64,000 nucleotides of DNA from Candidatus Bathyarchaeota archaeon (GCA_018396535.1 JAGTQC010000004.1:11418-75417), one strand, 5' to 3'. Counted from the stretch's first letter, positions 1-10,130 are shown. Notes: generated by a model not told the origin, from the letters alone. A program made the numbers and translations.

Positions 1-5
1 TGGGG

Positions 6-653
6 TTGAGGAGCAGGTTCTTCATACCAAAGACTGTTCAGAGGGTTAGCGATGCATATCTGAAGATTCTCGGCGCAGAAGTTGAGAGGGTGCCAGTAAA
101 TCTGACGGTGGAAGCGATCTCAGAAGTTGAATCTAAAGCTAGGATGGATGGCGCTACCCATCTGAATCAGTTCGAGAACGATGCTAACCTTAAAGTTCAC
201 TTAAAGTATACAGCCAAAGAGATAGATCTTCAACTCAGAGAGTTTGGGGTTAAACCTGATTGTATCATAGGTGGACTGGGAACCTCGGGTCATATGAGCG
301 CCATCTCCCTATACTTTAGAAGCAAGTATAACGGCGGTGTGAAGATCGTCGGGGTTCAACCTGCTCAAGATGAAGCTATACCGGGTATCCGGAGGGTGGA
401 GACTGGTATGAAGTGGGTGCATTGGTTTGAATTCGATCGTATAGTCGATGTGAGGCGTAGCGAAGCGGTGGAAGGCTGTATAGAGGTCGCTAGGAGGGAG
501 GGCTTACTGATAGGGTTAAGCTCTGGAGCAGTCTTCCAAGCATTCAAGAAGATAGCAAAAGAGAGCGGGGTATACGTGCTAGTATTCCCGGATACGGGTT
601 ACAAGTATGGAGAGCAGTTCGAAGAATATATCAGGATATATGGAAAACTTTGA
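6..653 (+). CDS. PLP-dependent cysteine synthase / O-phosphoserine sulfhydrylase family protein, 5' part outside window
   Basis: Motifs HLNQFENDAN, GGLGTSGH (PLP phosphate loop), IPGIRR, EGLLIGLSSGA and FPDTGYKY. The frame is open to the window edge and the PLP-lysine region lies upstream. Confidence 0.9.
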   Translation: MRSRFFIPKTVQRVSDAYLKILGAEVERVPVNLTVEAISEVESKARMDGATHLNQFENDANLKVHLKYTAKEIDLQLREFGVKPDCIIGGLGTSGHMSAISLYFRSKYNGGVKIVGVQPAQDEAIPGIRRVETGMKWVHWFEFDRIVDVRRSEAVEGCIEVARREGLLIGLSSGAVFQAFKKIAKESGVYVLVFPDTGYKYGEQFEEYIRIYGKL

Positions 654-1075
654 CAGCTATATAGAAGCTATGACGGTGTAGCGGGGGCTCCATGTAGAAT
701 ATCCATTTAGATTATTATAGAAAGCCTTATGCATCCTCCTACATAGCCTTCAAAGTTAAACTATCCACTTCCATATACCTGTTTCCTATACCGTTAGATA
801 TTTATGCAGGTATAGGGGTCTAGTCCTGATAACAGAACGCTGATCCTCCTACTAGATAGAGGCTACTCTAAGGTGACGTAGTTTTCAACTTCGCTACCAG
901 CTATCGATTATAACGGTGTTTACTAGGGGTTGGCTTAGATATCGTTTAAAGCGATCTATACTCATCTGAAGTATCCGATCCTATACTTTGGATGTATAGA
1001 TTCTTCGTGTATACATGTGTCTCCATAACGATACCCCTATCTATAAGCTTCATATTCTTCATCGAAGGATGGATG

Positions 1076-2160
1076 TTAAGCTTCTGAGGAGCTCTCCCTA
1101 CGGGTTATAAGCCTTGAGATGTGGAAAGCTGTTAATCTGAAGAGGTAGCCTACTGCTAGATCGTATAGCATAGATATCAGTCCTACCGATACTACTAGTA
1201 TAAGCTTAGATCCTTTAAGCTCTAGGATGGATTTACACGATTCTATGGATGTAAAGAGTATCATAGCTCCTACGACGGCTAGAGAGTATTCAGCGAATAC
1301 TCCTATGAGGGGTCTAGCGAATAGTAATATTAACGCTAGTTCGAATATACCCTCCATCACCATCGCCCCTCCGGTTAGCTCTGAAGAAATATTGGAAGGT
1401 AAACCCTCCGGCTCCATGACACATCTGTACTCCCACGATCAACGATGAGAAAATGTTGAGTACACCTATATTCAAAGCTAGCTCCATCCCCTTCAGCCTC
1501 GTTTACAGCGAGGCATGTAGCTAAAACTGCGTTGGAGAGTGTTAACACTATCTGAGAGGATATAACCTTCAATACCCCTAACGTGATATCGGATACCGGT
1601 AGGAGATGTATGGTTGGAGGTTGGAAGCCTATACCGAGCTTCAAGCTTTCGTTAGCTATCTAGGAGTTTAACACTGAGATAACGCCTAAACGGAAAACGG
1701 CTAATGCAGACGATATAATCTTCACCTTGGATAGGATGGTTATCAACGCTATACAGGATAGAGCTAGCGTTATATTGGATACTATCGCGTTTAACGATTT
1801 CTTTACGAGGATTAATGCAAGCCCGAATCATACGCCCCGTATCACTAGCATAGGGGGTTATACGTGCTAGAGGATCGATTAAACCCGGTAAGCCTAGTGT
1901 AAACCATACTAAACCTGTTATCAAACCGGATAGGTATACGTACTACGGCTCCCATCCCTCAGATAAAGCTGCTGTAGCTATAGCTTTCTTAGGTTCGACT
2001 GAGAGTGGGAGCCTATGTATTAAGCCTAAAAGCTATATTCGTTACACCCATAGCTAGAAATATGCTTGTAGGGTTAAGCTTCAATACGACCATATACCCT
2101 ACTATGAGCGAGTTTACCTGAAAACTCCCTTATACTGAACTCTAACCTCTTTACTCTAGC
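1076..2160 (-). pseudogene. Putative sulfate/molybdate (MOT1-like) transporter pseudogene with several frameshifts and stops
   Basis: Consecutive minus-strand fragments in changing frames: EFSIREFSG; LIVGYMVVLKLNPTSIFLAMGV; RLPLSVEPKKAIATAAL..WEP*; LITGLVWFTLGLPGLIDPLARITP; SQIVLTLSNAVLAT; TGGAMVMEG..LAVVGAMILFTSIE. These match the family pattern (LP.PV.P.KA, Q.PLT..NAV.AT, GARTGGA). Confidence 0.8.
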
Positions 2161-2292
2161 CGTATAGACGACGCTCCTCTAGCTATCCAGCTTCGGTTAT
2201 AAGCTACTTCTATAGCAGGTATAGTATCTTATATTACGTAGCCTTAATGCCTACGGTTTACGGTGGATACATCGTATAACACGTTTGTCGAT

Positions 2293-3510
2293 CTAAGCAA
2301 GGTGAAATAGTATGCATGAGCTTAGGAATAGTATCCCCGCTATCGTGAATAGATGGTCGAAGCCGTATTGCGTTACGATATATCCACCTATAGCCATACC
2401 AGCTATACTTCCGATCCTAGTTAAGCATGCGTATAGCCCCATCCACCCCTCAGGTATCATCTCCATCCTCACTACTCTGCTAGATAGAGCGAATAGAGTA
2501 TAGAAGATACCCACCACCATCAATATGATCGTATCTACGATCACAGCTGCTATGTATGGTAGGTAGCCGCACGGTATGAGTGTAAGTATGAGGATAGCTC
2601 TGATGAAAGCAGATAGTCTAAGACTTCTATAGCTTCCATAGTACTCGTATACATCCTTGAACAGTATATATCCCGCTATAGATCCGATCTCGTTTAGTAG
2701 TAGTATAGTGAAAGCTATACTCTGCGGTATACCTAAAACTCTACACAGGTATATCGCGATGAAGGTGAATATAGCATCCGTAGCCATAGTGAAGGTTAAC
2801 GCACCTATACCGAAGAATAGTATACTTCTAGATGGATCAACCCCAATCCTAGGGTAGGCTAACCTCGCTATACGCTCTCCATATAGATCTTGAGATACTA
2901 GTATCATCGATAACTTCTCCACGCTACCTATACATCTTTCGAGACGTACCATCTTCCTCTCAACCATGATCATAGGATCCTCTACGAATATTAGCGATGC
3001 TAAAGCTGATGATAACGCTAAGAACCCGCATAGATATACTACCTGTACATGCTCATAGAATGATAGTACTAGAGCCCCCATAGCTAACCCTAATAGATCC
3101 CCTATCTCAGATACGATACCGTAAGATCTAGATTCATCACACCACTCATCCCTACTACTCCCCTCCGCTATAAGTATATCCTCGACTGGTGGTATAGCCG
3201 ATCCGAAGAATCCGATAAGTAGGCATAGAGCTACTAGATCGAGTAAGCCTCCAACCCTTGTGAAAAGTATTAGGAGGATGGAGTATACGATTATCGATGA
3301 TACAGTTATAAACCTGCATCTCCTAGTCCTATCAGCTAGATAACCCCAGATGAATGATCCCGGGATATAAGCTAGCCATACCGATGCTGCAACCACCCCT
3401 ACATCTACCGAATCCCTACCTAGAGTATACGCTACATATAGCGGTAGAAGGTTGGTAAATAGGGTAGAAGCTATCTTACGAGGTAGTAGAGCGATATACC
3501 ATACCCTCAT
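2293..3510 (-). CDS. MFS transporter
   Basis: About 12 hydrophobic segments in two halves, with MFS motif A-like WGYLADRTRR. Confidence 0.85.
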   Translation of the reverse strand: MRVWYIALLPRKIASTLFTNLLPLYVAYTLGRDSVDVGVVAASVWLAYIPGSFIWGYLADRTRRCRFITVSSIIVYSILLILFTRVGGLLDLVALCLLIGFFGSAIPPVEDILIAEGSSRDEWCDESRSYGIVSEIGDLLGLAMGALVLSFYEHVQVVYLCGFLALSSALASLIFVEDPMIMVERKMVRLERCIGSVEKLSMILVSQDLYGERIARLAYPRIGVDPSRSILFFGIGALTFTMATDAIFTFIAIYLCRVLGIPQSIAFTILLLNEIGSIAGYILFKDVYEYYGSYRSLRLSAFIRAILILTLIPCGYLPYIAAVIVDTIILMVVGIFYTLFALSSRVVRMEMIPEGWMGLYACLTRIGSIAGMAIGGYIVTQYGFDHLFTIAGILFLSSCILFHLA

Positions 3511-3657
3511 TACATACTCAAGCGGTATTAGCGGGTTTAAAACTAGATTTATAACGATTTAACACTATAGGGATGATAAACTCTGATAAGATGATGTACG
3601 ATCGATAGATCTACTATAGTATACCTAAATCATAAACTAAACCTGCTACACACCTCT

Positions 3658-4119
3658 CTACAACGATACTCTAAGATCCTCCTTAACCCTTGTCAAACAT
3701 ATATGGGTTATAGTCCTATCTACATGAGGCATAGCTAGTATCCTCTTTACGAAAGCGCTAAGCTCCCTCCTATTCCTAAACCTAGCTATTATGATAGCAT
3801 CAGTCTCACCGGTTATATCGTAGACACAGATAACCGATGGATTAGAAGCTATCTCCTTCTCAACCTCTACAAGATATCCTCTAGATACCACGACCTCTAT
3901 TATCGCTGTTATATCGTAGCCTACAAGTTCAGGATTAACTATAGCTGTATAACCCTCTATAACACCCTCCTCCTCCAACGCTTTAACCCTAGATATAACC
4001 GCCGTAGTCGATAACCCAACCTTCTTAGCTAGCTCCCTATAGGATATCCTAGCATCCCTCTGCAGCTCCCTCAATATCCTAATATCGTATTCATCTAGCT
4101 TCACAACACCCATACACAT
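3658..4119 (-). CDS. Lrp/AsnC family transcriptional regulator
   Basis: LDEYDIRILRELQRDARISYRELAKKVGLS HTH and a C-terminal RAM domain (VYDITGETD). Confidence 0.95.
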   Translation of the reverse strand: MCMGVVKLDEYDIRILRELQRDARISYRELAKKVGLSTTAVISRVKALEEEGVIEGYTAIVNPELVGYDITAIIEVVVSRGYLVEVEKEIASNPSVICVYDITGETDAIIIARFRNRRELSAFVKRILAMPHVDRTITHICLTRVKEDLRVSL

Positions 4120-4223
4120 ACACCTGGATAGATAATCTAGGTACTGCTAGATTCTACTCAGAATAATTTAAGCTATTTAACACTAATACCACCTATAGAT
4201 CGCTGATAAGGTTTGAGTCGTAG

Positions 4224-5144
4224 GTGGAGTACATGCCCGATATATGGGATTCGATAATCATCGGAGCAGGTCCAGCTGGGCTAACTGCCGGTATATACCT
4301 ATCTAGACTTGGATTCAAGGTTTTAATACTAGACGCTGGTAAAGCTGGTGGAAGACTCAGATCAGCTGGATTGATAGAGAACTACCCAGGATTCCCTGAA
4401 GGTATAGAAGGCTCCACCCTAGCTGATAGATTCGTAGAGCATGCACGTAGATTCAAAGCCGATATCAGAGAGTATGAGGAGGTAACAGCTCTACAACTAG
4501 ATACATCACCCAAGATCATAGCTACTCGTAGAGGTAGCATATACCAGGGCTACACGATCATACTAGCTATAGGTGCTCCTAGAAGAACCTATAGTATAGA
4601 TGGTGAGGAAAGGCTGCTAGGTAGAGGAGTATCATACTGTGCCGTATGCGATGGGCCATTATACTATGGTAGAGATGTAGCTATACTAGGCTCAGGTATA
4701 GAAGCTATAGAAGATGCACAGCTCCTATCAAGGTTTGCTAGCAGAGTCTATATCCTAGCATCTAAACCTAGCCGCGAATTAAGGGAGGCGAAGTTTCAAG
4801 ATAACGTCAAGGTATACGAAGACGTAGAGGTGGAGGGTATAATAGGCGGGGATAGGGTTGAATCAGTAAGGTTCAGGTATATGGATAGGGTTATAGATCT
4901 ACCAGTATCCGCTGTATTCATAGCTCTAGGAGTTCTACCACCATCCAAACTTCTAAGATCCACATCTATCGAGCTAACCCCTGAAGGATTCATAAAGGTG
5001 GATTCTAAGTGTAATACGAGGGTTGAAGGTGTATACGCAGCTGGGGATTGCGTAGGCTTAGGATTCCAGATCGCTATAGCTGTAGGTCAAGCAGCTACAG
5101 CCGCGCTATCCGCTCTAGAATATCTAAGGAAGCTAAAGGGTTAG
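4224..5144 (+). CDS. trxB: Thioredoxin reductase-like flavoprotein disulfide reductase
   Basis: IIGAGPAGLTAG FAD motif, IENYPGFP, GRGVSYCAVCDG redox CxxC and T..EGVYAAGD. Confidence 0.88.
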   Translation: MEYMPDIWDSIIIGAGPAGLTAGIYLSRLGFKVLILDAGKAGGRLRSAGLIENYPGFPEGIEGSTLADRFVEHARRFKADIREYEEVTALQLDTSPKIIATRRGSIYQGYTIILAIGAPRRTYSIDGEERLLGRGVSYCAVCDGPLYYGRDVAILGSGIEAIEDAQLLSRFASRVYILASKPSRELREAKFQDNVKVYEDVEVEGIIGGDRVESVRFRYMDRVIDLPVSAVFIALGVLPPSKLLRSTSIELTPEGFIKVDSKCNTRVEGVYAAGDCVGLGFQIAIAVGQAATAALSALEYLRKLKG

Positions 5145-5150
5145 GTAACG

Positions 5151-5156
5151 TTTAAG
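5151..5156 (+). promoter_or_regulatory. Probable TATA box for the small RNA at 5181
   Basis: TTTAAG lies about 25 nt upstream of the structured RNA's 5' end. Confidence 0.4.
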
Positions 5157-5180
5157 TTATGCATAACGTTTGATATCCTA

Positions 5181-5250
5181 TGAGCGGCTCTGATGATTCA
5201 GAGTTATAGGGTACCCCCTATGCCCTTAAGGCATTAGGCTGAGCCGCTCA
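5181..5250 (+). ncRNA. Kink-turn / box C/D-like small RNA (70 nt)
   Basis: Terminal stem TGAGCGGC/GCCGCTCA, a 3-nt bulge TCT, box C TGATGA (5191-5196) and box D CTGA (5239-5242) in canonical K-turn geometry. A TATA-like element lies upstream and a T-tract (CCCTTTTT) downstream. Confidence 0.6.
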
Positions 5251-5290
5251 CCCTTTTTAGGTATAAAGGTAAGTTTTATCTCCCTAGCAT

Positions 5291-6457
5291 ATGGTAGAGC
5301 TAGTCGAGGGACCCCGTATGTTCAACGTTAAATGTGGTATAGTTGGATGTGGTGTAGTAGCGCATAACAAGTATATACCCGCTGTTAAGAAGTATGCTAT
5401 ACTAGAAGCTGTATGCGATATACGGGAGGAGAGAGCACGTAGGACTGCTGAAGTTTGGCATATCAGATCCTACTATACAGATTTCACCGATATGCTTGAG
5501 AAGGCGGATATCGATGCTGTACTCATACTAACAGGTATGGATATACATGCAGATCAAGTCGTAGAAGCAGCTAGGATGGGTAAGCATATACTGGTACAGA
5601 AGCCTCTAGCTACAAAGCTGGATAAGCTTAGAGAAGCGGTTGAAGCAGTCGAGAAAGCTAGAGTTAAAGTTCTAGTAGAGCCTAACGTACAGCTCAACCC
5701 GATATACTTGAAAGCTTCGAATATAGTAGAGGGTATAGGCTCCCCATACTGGTTTAGAGCAGGATTCGGCCGTCATCCACCTAGCTGGGGTGAACATACA
5801 TTCTTCTCGAAGGAGGGGGGAGGACCCCTATTCGATCTAGCTGTATACGAAGTCTCGCTTCTAACATTCATCCTAGGCCCGGCTAAGAGTGTTACAGCTA
5901 TAGGTAGGATATCGGTGCCGGAATTGGATCTAGTAGAAGACGATTATCTAAACCATCATCTACCCGAATCCGTATCGAAAAGTGTATGGGAGATTATAGC
6001 ATCAGCTCCTAGAACGCGTAGGATAAGAGTCGAAGTAGAGGATAACGTTATGATCCTAATGGAGATGGTTAACGGAGCTATAGGTGTAGTAGTATCGAAC
6101 TATGTAACTCCGAGAGAATTCGCCCGTCCACCTAGAGTCGAAGTATACGGGTCTACAGGCTTCCTAGATATACCCGTCCACTCGAGTCGTAACCCCGTTA
6201 TATCTGGAGCGGTAAAGATTGGTGGTACGGTGGAGACTATATCAATCGATGGAGCTAGCCTAGGCTTAGTAGAGCATAACGGATGGTTCTCATGGGATTA
6301 CTACGAAGCATCTGTTAAACATCTACTAGAATGTATAGTCACCGATAGGGAACCCCTACCAAGTATACGTTGGGGTGCACATGTAAGTGAGATATTGATA
6401 AGATCCCTCGATTCGATGAGATCAGGTAGATCTATGGATATATCCTACAGATTCTAG
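5291..6457 (+). CDS. Gfo/Idh/MocA family oxidoreductase (true start may be ATG 5318)
   Basis: GIVGCGVVA Rossmann motif, GKHILVQKPLA (EKP variant) and GGGPLFDLAVY. Confidence 0.9.
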   Translation: MVELVEGPRMFNVKCGIVGCGVVAHNKYIPAVKKYAILEAVCDIREERARRTAEVWHIRSYYTDFTDMLEKADIDAVLILTGMDIHADQVVEAARMGKHILVQKPLATKLDKLREAVEAVEKARVKVLVEPNVQLNPIYLKASNIVEGIGSPYWFRAGFGRHPPSWGEHTFFSKEGGGPLFDLAVYEVSLLTFILGPAKSVTAIGRISVPELDLVEDDYLNHHLPESVSKSVWEIIASAPRTRRIRVEVEDNVMILMEMVNGAIGVVVSNYVTPREFARPPRVEVYGSTGFLDIPVHSSRNPVISGAVKIGGTVETISIDGASLGLVEHNGWFSWDYYEASVKHLLECIVTDREPLPSIRWGAHVSEILIRSLDSMRSGRSMDISYRF

Positions 6458-6492
6458 GATGGTGTCAAGCTATCGATCCACCATCTAGATCT

Positions 6493-6813
6493 ATGAGAGG
6501 ATTCTACGCTATACTATGGCTCACAACTATATGCATATCATCAATCGTACCTGTAGATAGCGGCGAGATCGGTGAGCTACTAGATATAGGACATATAATC
6601 GTATACATAGTTCAGACTATACTATGGGCTTGGTACTTCGATTTCGAATACACTTTCATACCGGTATCCATAGCATCTACGCCGGTAACAGAGCTTCTAC
6701 AACTCGCAACGCCATGGAGGAATCCATGCCTGATAGATATACTGAACAATATGCTAGGCGTATGCATAGGTATCATACTAGTCTACGCTATAACCCTCCA
6801 TCACGGATCTTAA
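6493..6813 (+). CDS. VanZ-like small membrane protein
   Basis: D..HIIVY, TELLQLATPWR and DILNNMLG match the VanZ pattern, with 3-4 TM segments. Confidence 0.75.
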   Translation: MRGFYAILWLTTICISSIVPVDSGEIGELLDIGHIIVYIVQTILWAWYFDFEYTFIPVSIASTPVTELLQLATPWRNPCLIDILNNMLGVCIGIILVYAITLHHGS

Positions 6814-7232
6814 AGTATCTCTATAAACCCTCTATCACCATCAACCCTTACCCTACATCCATCCCTAACTAAGGTGAATATATCCCGCTCAGGCTTATCT
6901 ACCACGGGTAGTCTACCACCATAGAATACCTCTATCGATAGAGGCCCAGATAAGAGTATAAAATCTGTCTTAAGATTAACTATAGCTGCCGGAGCCTTCC
7001 CCCTCCTATAAGCTTCGACTATCACACCACCACTACCAGTAGACCCCCTACCATAGGGGAAGATCAATACCTTACCAGCTATACATCTACCATACCACTC
7101 GTGATGCACATCTACAACCATACCCGTATAAGGGTCTAGCTCACCCCAGAAGCCGAAGGGCTGCTTCGAAACTAGAGCCTCACCTAAAGCTACACCGCTA
7201 GTTAATCTCCTACACCTAATCCTAACACTCAT
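6810..7232 (-). CDS. Aconitase X small (swivel) subunit, DUF126
   Basis: GEALVS..P..FWGELDPYTG, IAGKVLIFPYGRGST and GKAPAAIV. It is coupled to the large subunit by a 4-bp overlap. Confidence 0.9.
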   Translation of the reverse strand: MSVRIRCRRLTSGVALGEALVSKQPFGFWGELDPYTGMVVDVHHEWYGRCIAGKVLIFPYGRGSTGSGGVIVEAYRRGKAPAAIVNLKTDFILLSGPLSIEVFYGGRLPVVDKPERDIFTLVRDGCRVRVDGDRGFIEIL

Positions 7233-8470
7233 CTAGCTATCCTCCCCTCTAAAGCTACCCTTATACACTCTTCTAAACTACCATAGAATACATCTGTCTT
7301 AGCTTGCATAGGAGCGTAATGCGCAGTTTTAGCAGAATCTGTAGCCATAGCTTTAAACCCTCTCGTATACGTGGGAGCGTTCATAGCGCATGAGCCAACC
7401 ATGAATTTAACACCAGCCCCCTCTATTATATCCCTATACCCCATCCTACATGCTAGTGTATAGGTGAGATTATCTGTAGCAAGCCATACCTCTACACCAG
7501 GATGGATCCTCCTACCTCTAAGTAGATAAGCAGCCATACCTATCTGATCGATAGAGTAGTGTGGGCATCCTAGAAATACTAGATCGACCGATCCATCCTC
7601 GATAGTAGATAACTCTCGGTAAGCCTTCCTAACATCCTCAACACAGATTTCAACCCTATCCTCAGGTTTATCATCTCCGAAAGCTTCTTCCAAACTCCTA
7701 GCTTCAGGTGTAACACCTAGGATATGGTATAACGCTACAGATCCAGATGACGCAGCTGCTGCACCCATAGCTCTAAGCATCCTCTTAGATACACCCTCAG
7801 GTATACCATCGATCACAGGTATCCCCCCAGCAGATACTAAGCCTATAGCATAGCCTAACGCACCGTAATCCTTAATCGTCATACTAGATATATCTAATCC
7901 CTTAACCCTAACTAGTATATCCCCCCTCCTATTCTCAGGTATATGAAGTTCTATCATAGGTATACGTCCAACTATAGCTGCGCATAACTCTATATAGGAT
8001 GCGTACCTATTAGTCCTAGCCCCTATCACAGAGTTAGCATATGAGACACAGTTAGATTCACCCCAAGCGATATGCTCACCATACCTAGGAACATTCATAT
8101 TCCAGTATGGTATACATGTCCAGTTATCCAATCCACCCATAGCTCTGTAAAGCATACATAGCTTCAACTGCTTCTCAACCCACTCATCTGGGAATAGGAA
8201 TTTCTCCGCATCCTCCAACGGTATAGAAGCGGTGCATAGACTCGTAGGTACAGTAAACCTAGCACCCATCCTATAGAACATATCAGCTATCTCTAAACCA
8301 CTATCATAGACCACATTGTATACGCAGGATACTAGATGGCATGAAGATACCTCCACCATACGTTCAGCTCCATAAGCATCGCCGAGCTTAACTAGAAGCT
8401 CCATAGCCCTTCTAGCAGCCTCACCAACCTCCCCATCTAGTATACGCTCCTCCTCCCTAGTTAGATACAT
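7229..8470 (-). CDS. Aconitase X large (catalytic Fe-S) subunit, DUF521
   Basis: MYLTREEERILDGE, TCIPY, AWGESN..YANSVIGARTNR, LGCPHYS, GSC and ATDSAK. Confidence 0.92.
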   Translation of the reverse strand: MYLTREEERILDGEVGEAARRAMELLVKLGDAYGAERMVEVSSCHLVSCVYNVVYDSGLEIADMFYRMGARFTVPTSLCTASIPLEDAEKFLFPDEWVEKQLKLCMLYRAMGGLDNWTCIPYWNMNVPRYGEHIAWGESNCVSYANSVIGARTNRYASYIELCAAIVGRIPMIELHIPENRRGDILVRVKGLDISSMTIKDYGALGYAIGLVSAGGIPVIDGIPEGVSKRMLRAMGAAAASSGSVALYHILGVTPEARSLEEAFGDDKPEDRVEICVEDVRKAYRELSTIEDGSVDLVFLGCPHYSIDQIGMAAYLLRGRRIHPGVEVWLATDNLTYTLACRMGYRDIIEGAGVKFMVGSCAMNAPTYTRGFKAMATDSAKTAHYAPMQAKTDVFYGSLEECIRVALEGRIAR

Positions 8471-8547
8471 AGCCTACAGAGATGGCTCTAAACCCGCTAC
8501 TCTTATATCTTTAACTATCCTTAAGCAGTGATACGTAGGATCAAGCT

Positions 8548-9558
8548 ATGCGTAGAGGTGTAGGTGTAGTATTCAAGGATAAAGGAGTAGTATCCCTAGA
8601 AGAATTCGATATCGATAGCTTAGAACCCGGCCGCCTCCTTGTTAAAACACTCTATACGCTTATAAGCCCAGGTACGGAGACAGCATTCCTACTAGGCTTA
8701 CCCAACACCCCGGCTACCTACCCTCAGTATCCAGGCTATAGTAACGTAGGTATAGTAGAGGATATCGCTAGCGATATAAGGGGGTTCAGTATCGGGGATA
8801 TAGTTGCATCACCATCAAGGCATGCTAGTATAGTAGCACCTAGAGCTGAGAATACTTTTAAAATACCGGGGAGCATAGATCCTATAGAAGCCTCCTTCTT
8901 CTATCTATCAGCTATAGCTCTCCAAGGTGTACGTAAATCCGAGCCTGAGATAGGTGAATCAGCTGTAGTCCTAGGCCTAGGTCTTGTAGGACAGCTTACA
9001 GCACAGCTCCTAGCTCTATGCGGGGTCATACCGGTTATAGGTGTAGATCTATACGATTATAGGATAGAAGTAGCTAGATCCCTATCCATAGACTATGGTT
9101 TAAACCCATCGAAGATCGATACCGTATCAGAGGTATACAGGATAACTGATGGTAGGGGGGCATCGATAGTTATAGAATCTACAGGTAATCCTGAAGCTAT
9201 AAACCTAGCTTTAAAGCTAGCAGGTAGAAGAGGGCGGGTCATACTCCTAGGTAGTACTAGAGGCTTATCCACCGTCAACTTCTATAGCGATGTACATAGG
9301 AAGGGGTTGATAATAATAGGAGCTCATAACTCTATAAGACCTAGATCCGAATCATCTAGATGGTACTGGACGATTAGAGATGATGTAGAGCTAGTCTTTA
9401 AACTCCTATCTATGAAGCGTCTAAGAGTTAGGGAGCTTATATCATCTATACTAGAGTATAGGCAAGCTGAGGAAGCCTACAAGCTACTGATAGATCATAA
9501 AGATAGGGTTATATCCGTAGTTTTAGATTGGAGGGTTATATCAGATAGCCTTAGATAG
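8548..9558 (+). CDS. Medium-chain (MDR) dehydrogenase lacking the canonical zinc ligands
   Basis: LISPGTE and PGYSNVG replace the C/GHE zinc motifs. NAD-binding GLGLVG and IESTGNP are present. Confidence 0.85.
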   Translation: MRRGVGVVFKDKGVVSLEEFDIDSLEPGRLLVKTLYTLISPGTETAFLLGLPNTPATYPQYPGYSNVGIVEDIASDIRGFSIGDIVASPSRHASIVAPRAENTFKIPGSIDPIEASFFYLSAIALQGVRKSEPEIGESAVVLGLGLVGQLTAQLLALCGVIPVIGVDLYDYRIEVARSLSIDYGLNPSKIDTVSEVYRITDGRGASIVIESTGNPEAINLALKLAGRRGRVILLGSTRGLSTVNFYSDVHRKGLIIIGAHNSIRPRSESSRWYWTIRDDVELVFKLLSMKRLRVRELISSILEYRQAEEAYKLLIDHKDRVISVVLDWRVISDSLR

Positions 9559-10059
9559 AGCGTTCACAGCCTCCCTAACCCTACGATAGGTCTGCTGCAA
9601 AGCTTCAGATACAACCTTAACATCAGATATAACAGGCATGAAGTTTGTATCCCCCTCCCATCTAGGAACTATATGCACATGTATATGCTTATCAACCCCA
9701 GCTCCAGCAGCCCTACCTATATTCAAACCTATGTTAAACCCGTGGGGTTTATACGCATATCTCAACCATAGTATACACGATCTAACGGTGGAGATCAGCT
9801 CGTAAAGCTCATCATCGGTAAGCTCTTCTAGATTAGCTTTATGACTATATGGTGCAACCATGAGATGCCCGTTATTATATGGATACCTATTAAGCATAAC
9901 GAAGCATAGCCTCCCACGATACACTATCAGATTCTCCTCATCCCTACCCTCACTAGGCTTAACGCAGAATATACATGCTTCACTAGAGGTATCGGTAGAC
10001 TCTACATAGTGTATACGCCACGGAGCCCATAGGATCCTCCTCATAGCATAACACGTCAA
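9541..10059 (-). CDS. HIT family nucleotide hydrolase / Ap4A phosphorylase-like protein
   Basis: LWAPWR, CIFC, NRYPYNNGHLMVAP and HIHVHIVPRW. Confidence 0.92.
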   Translation of the reverse strand: MTCYAMRRILWAPWRIHYVESTDTSSEACIFCVKPSEGRDEENLIVYRGRLCFVMLNRYPYNNGHLMVAPYSHKANLEELTDDELYELISTVRSCILWLRYAYKPHGFNIGLNIGRAAGAGVDKHIHVHIVPRWEGDTNFMPVISDVKVVSEALQQTYRRVREAVNALSKAI

Positions 10060-10130
10060 ATATATATCCTAATCACTATATAAGAAAATGTTTATCTCCC
10101 AGGATACGTTTATCTTCAGATAAGAGCGGC

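Noticed and set aside
806-852. GGTATAGGGGTC...GCTGATCCTCCTAC resembles the 3' end of a fluoride riboswitch
   Set aside because: The conserved GGxGATG 5' core and P1 stem are missing, and there is no suitably oriented downstream gene.
3571-3615. GATGA..CTGA..ATGATG looks like C/D boxes
   Set aside because: Spacing is too short, there is no terminal D box or stem, and the words are common in this genome.
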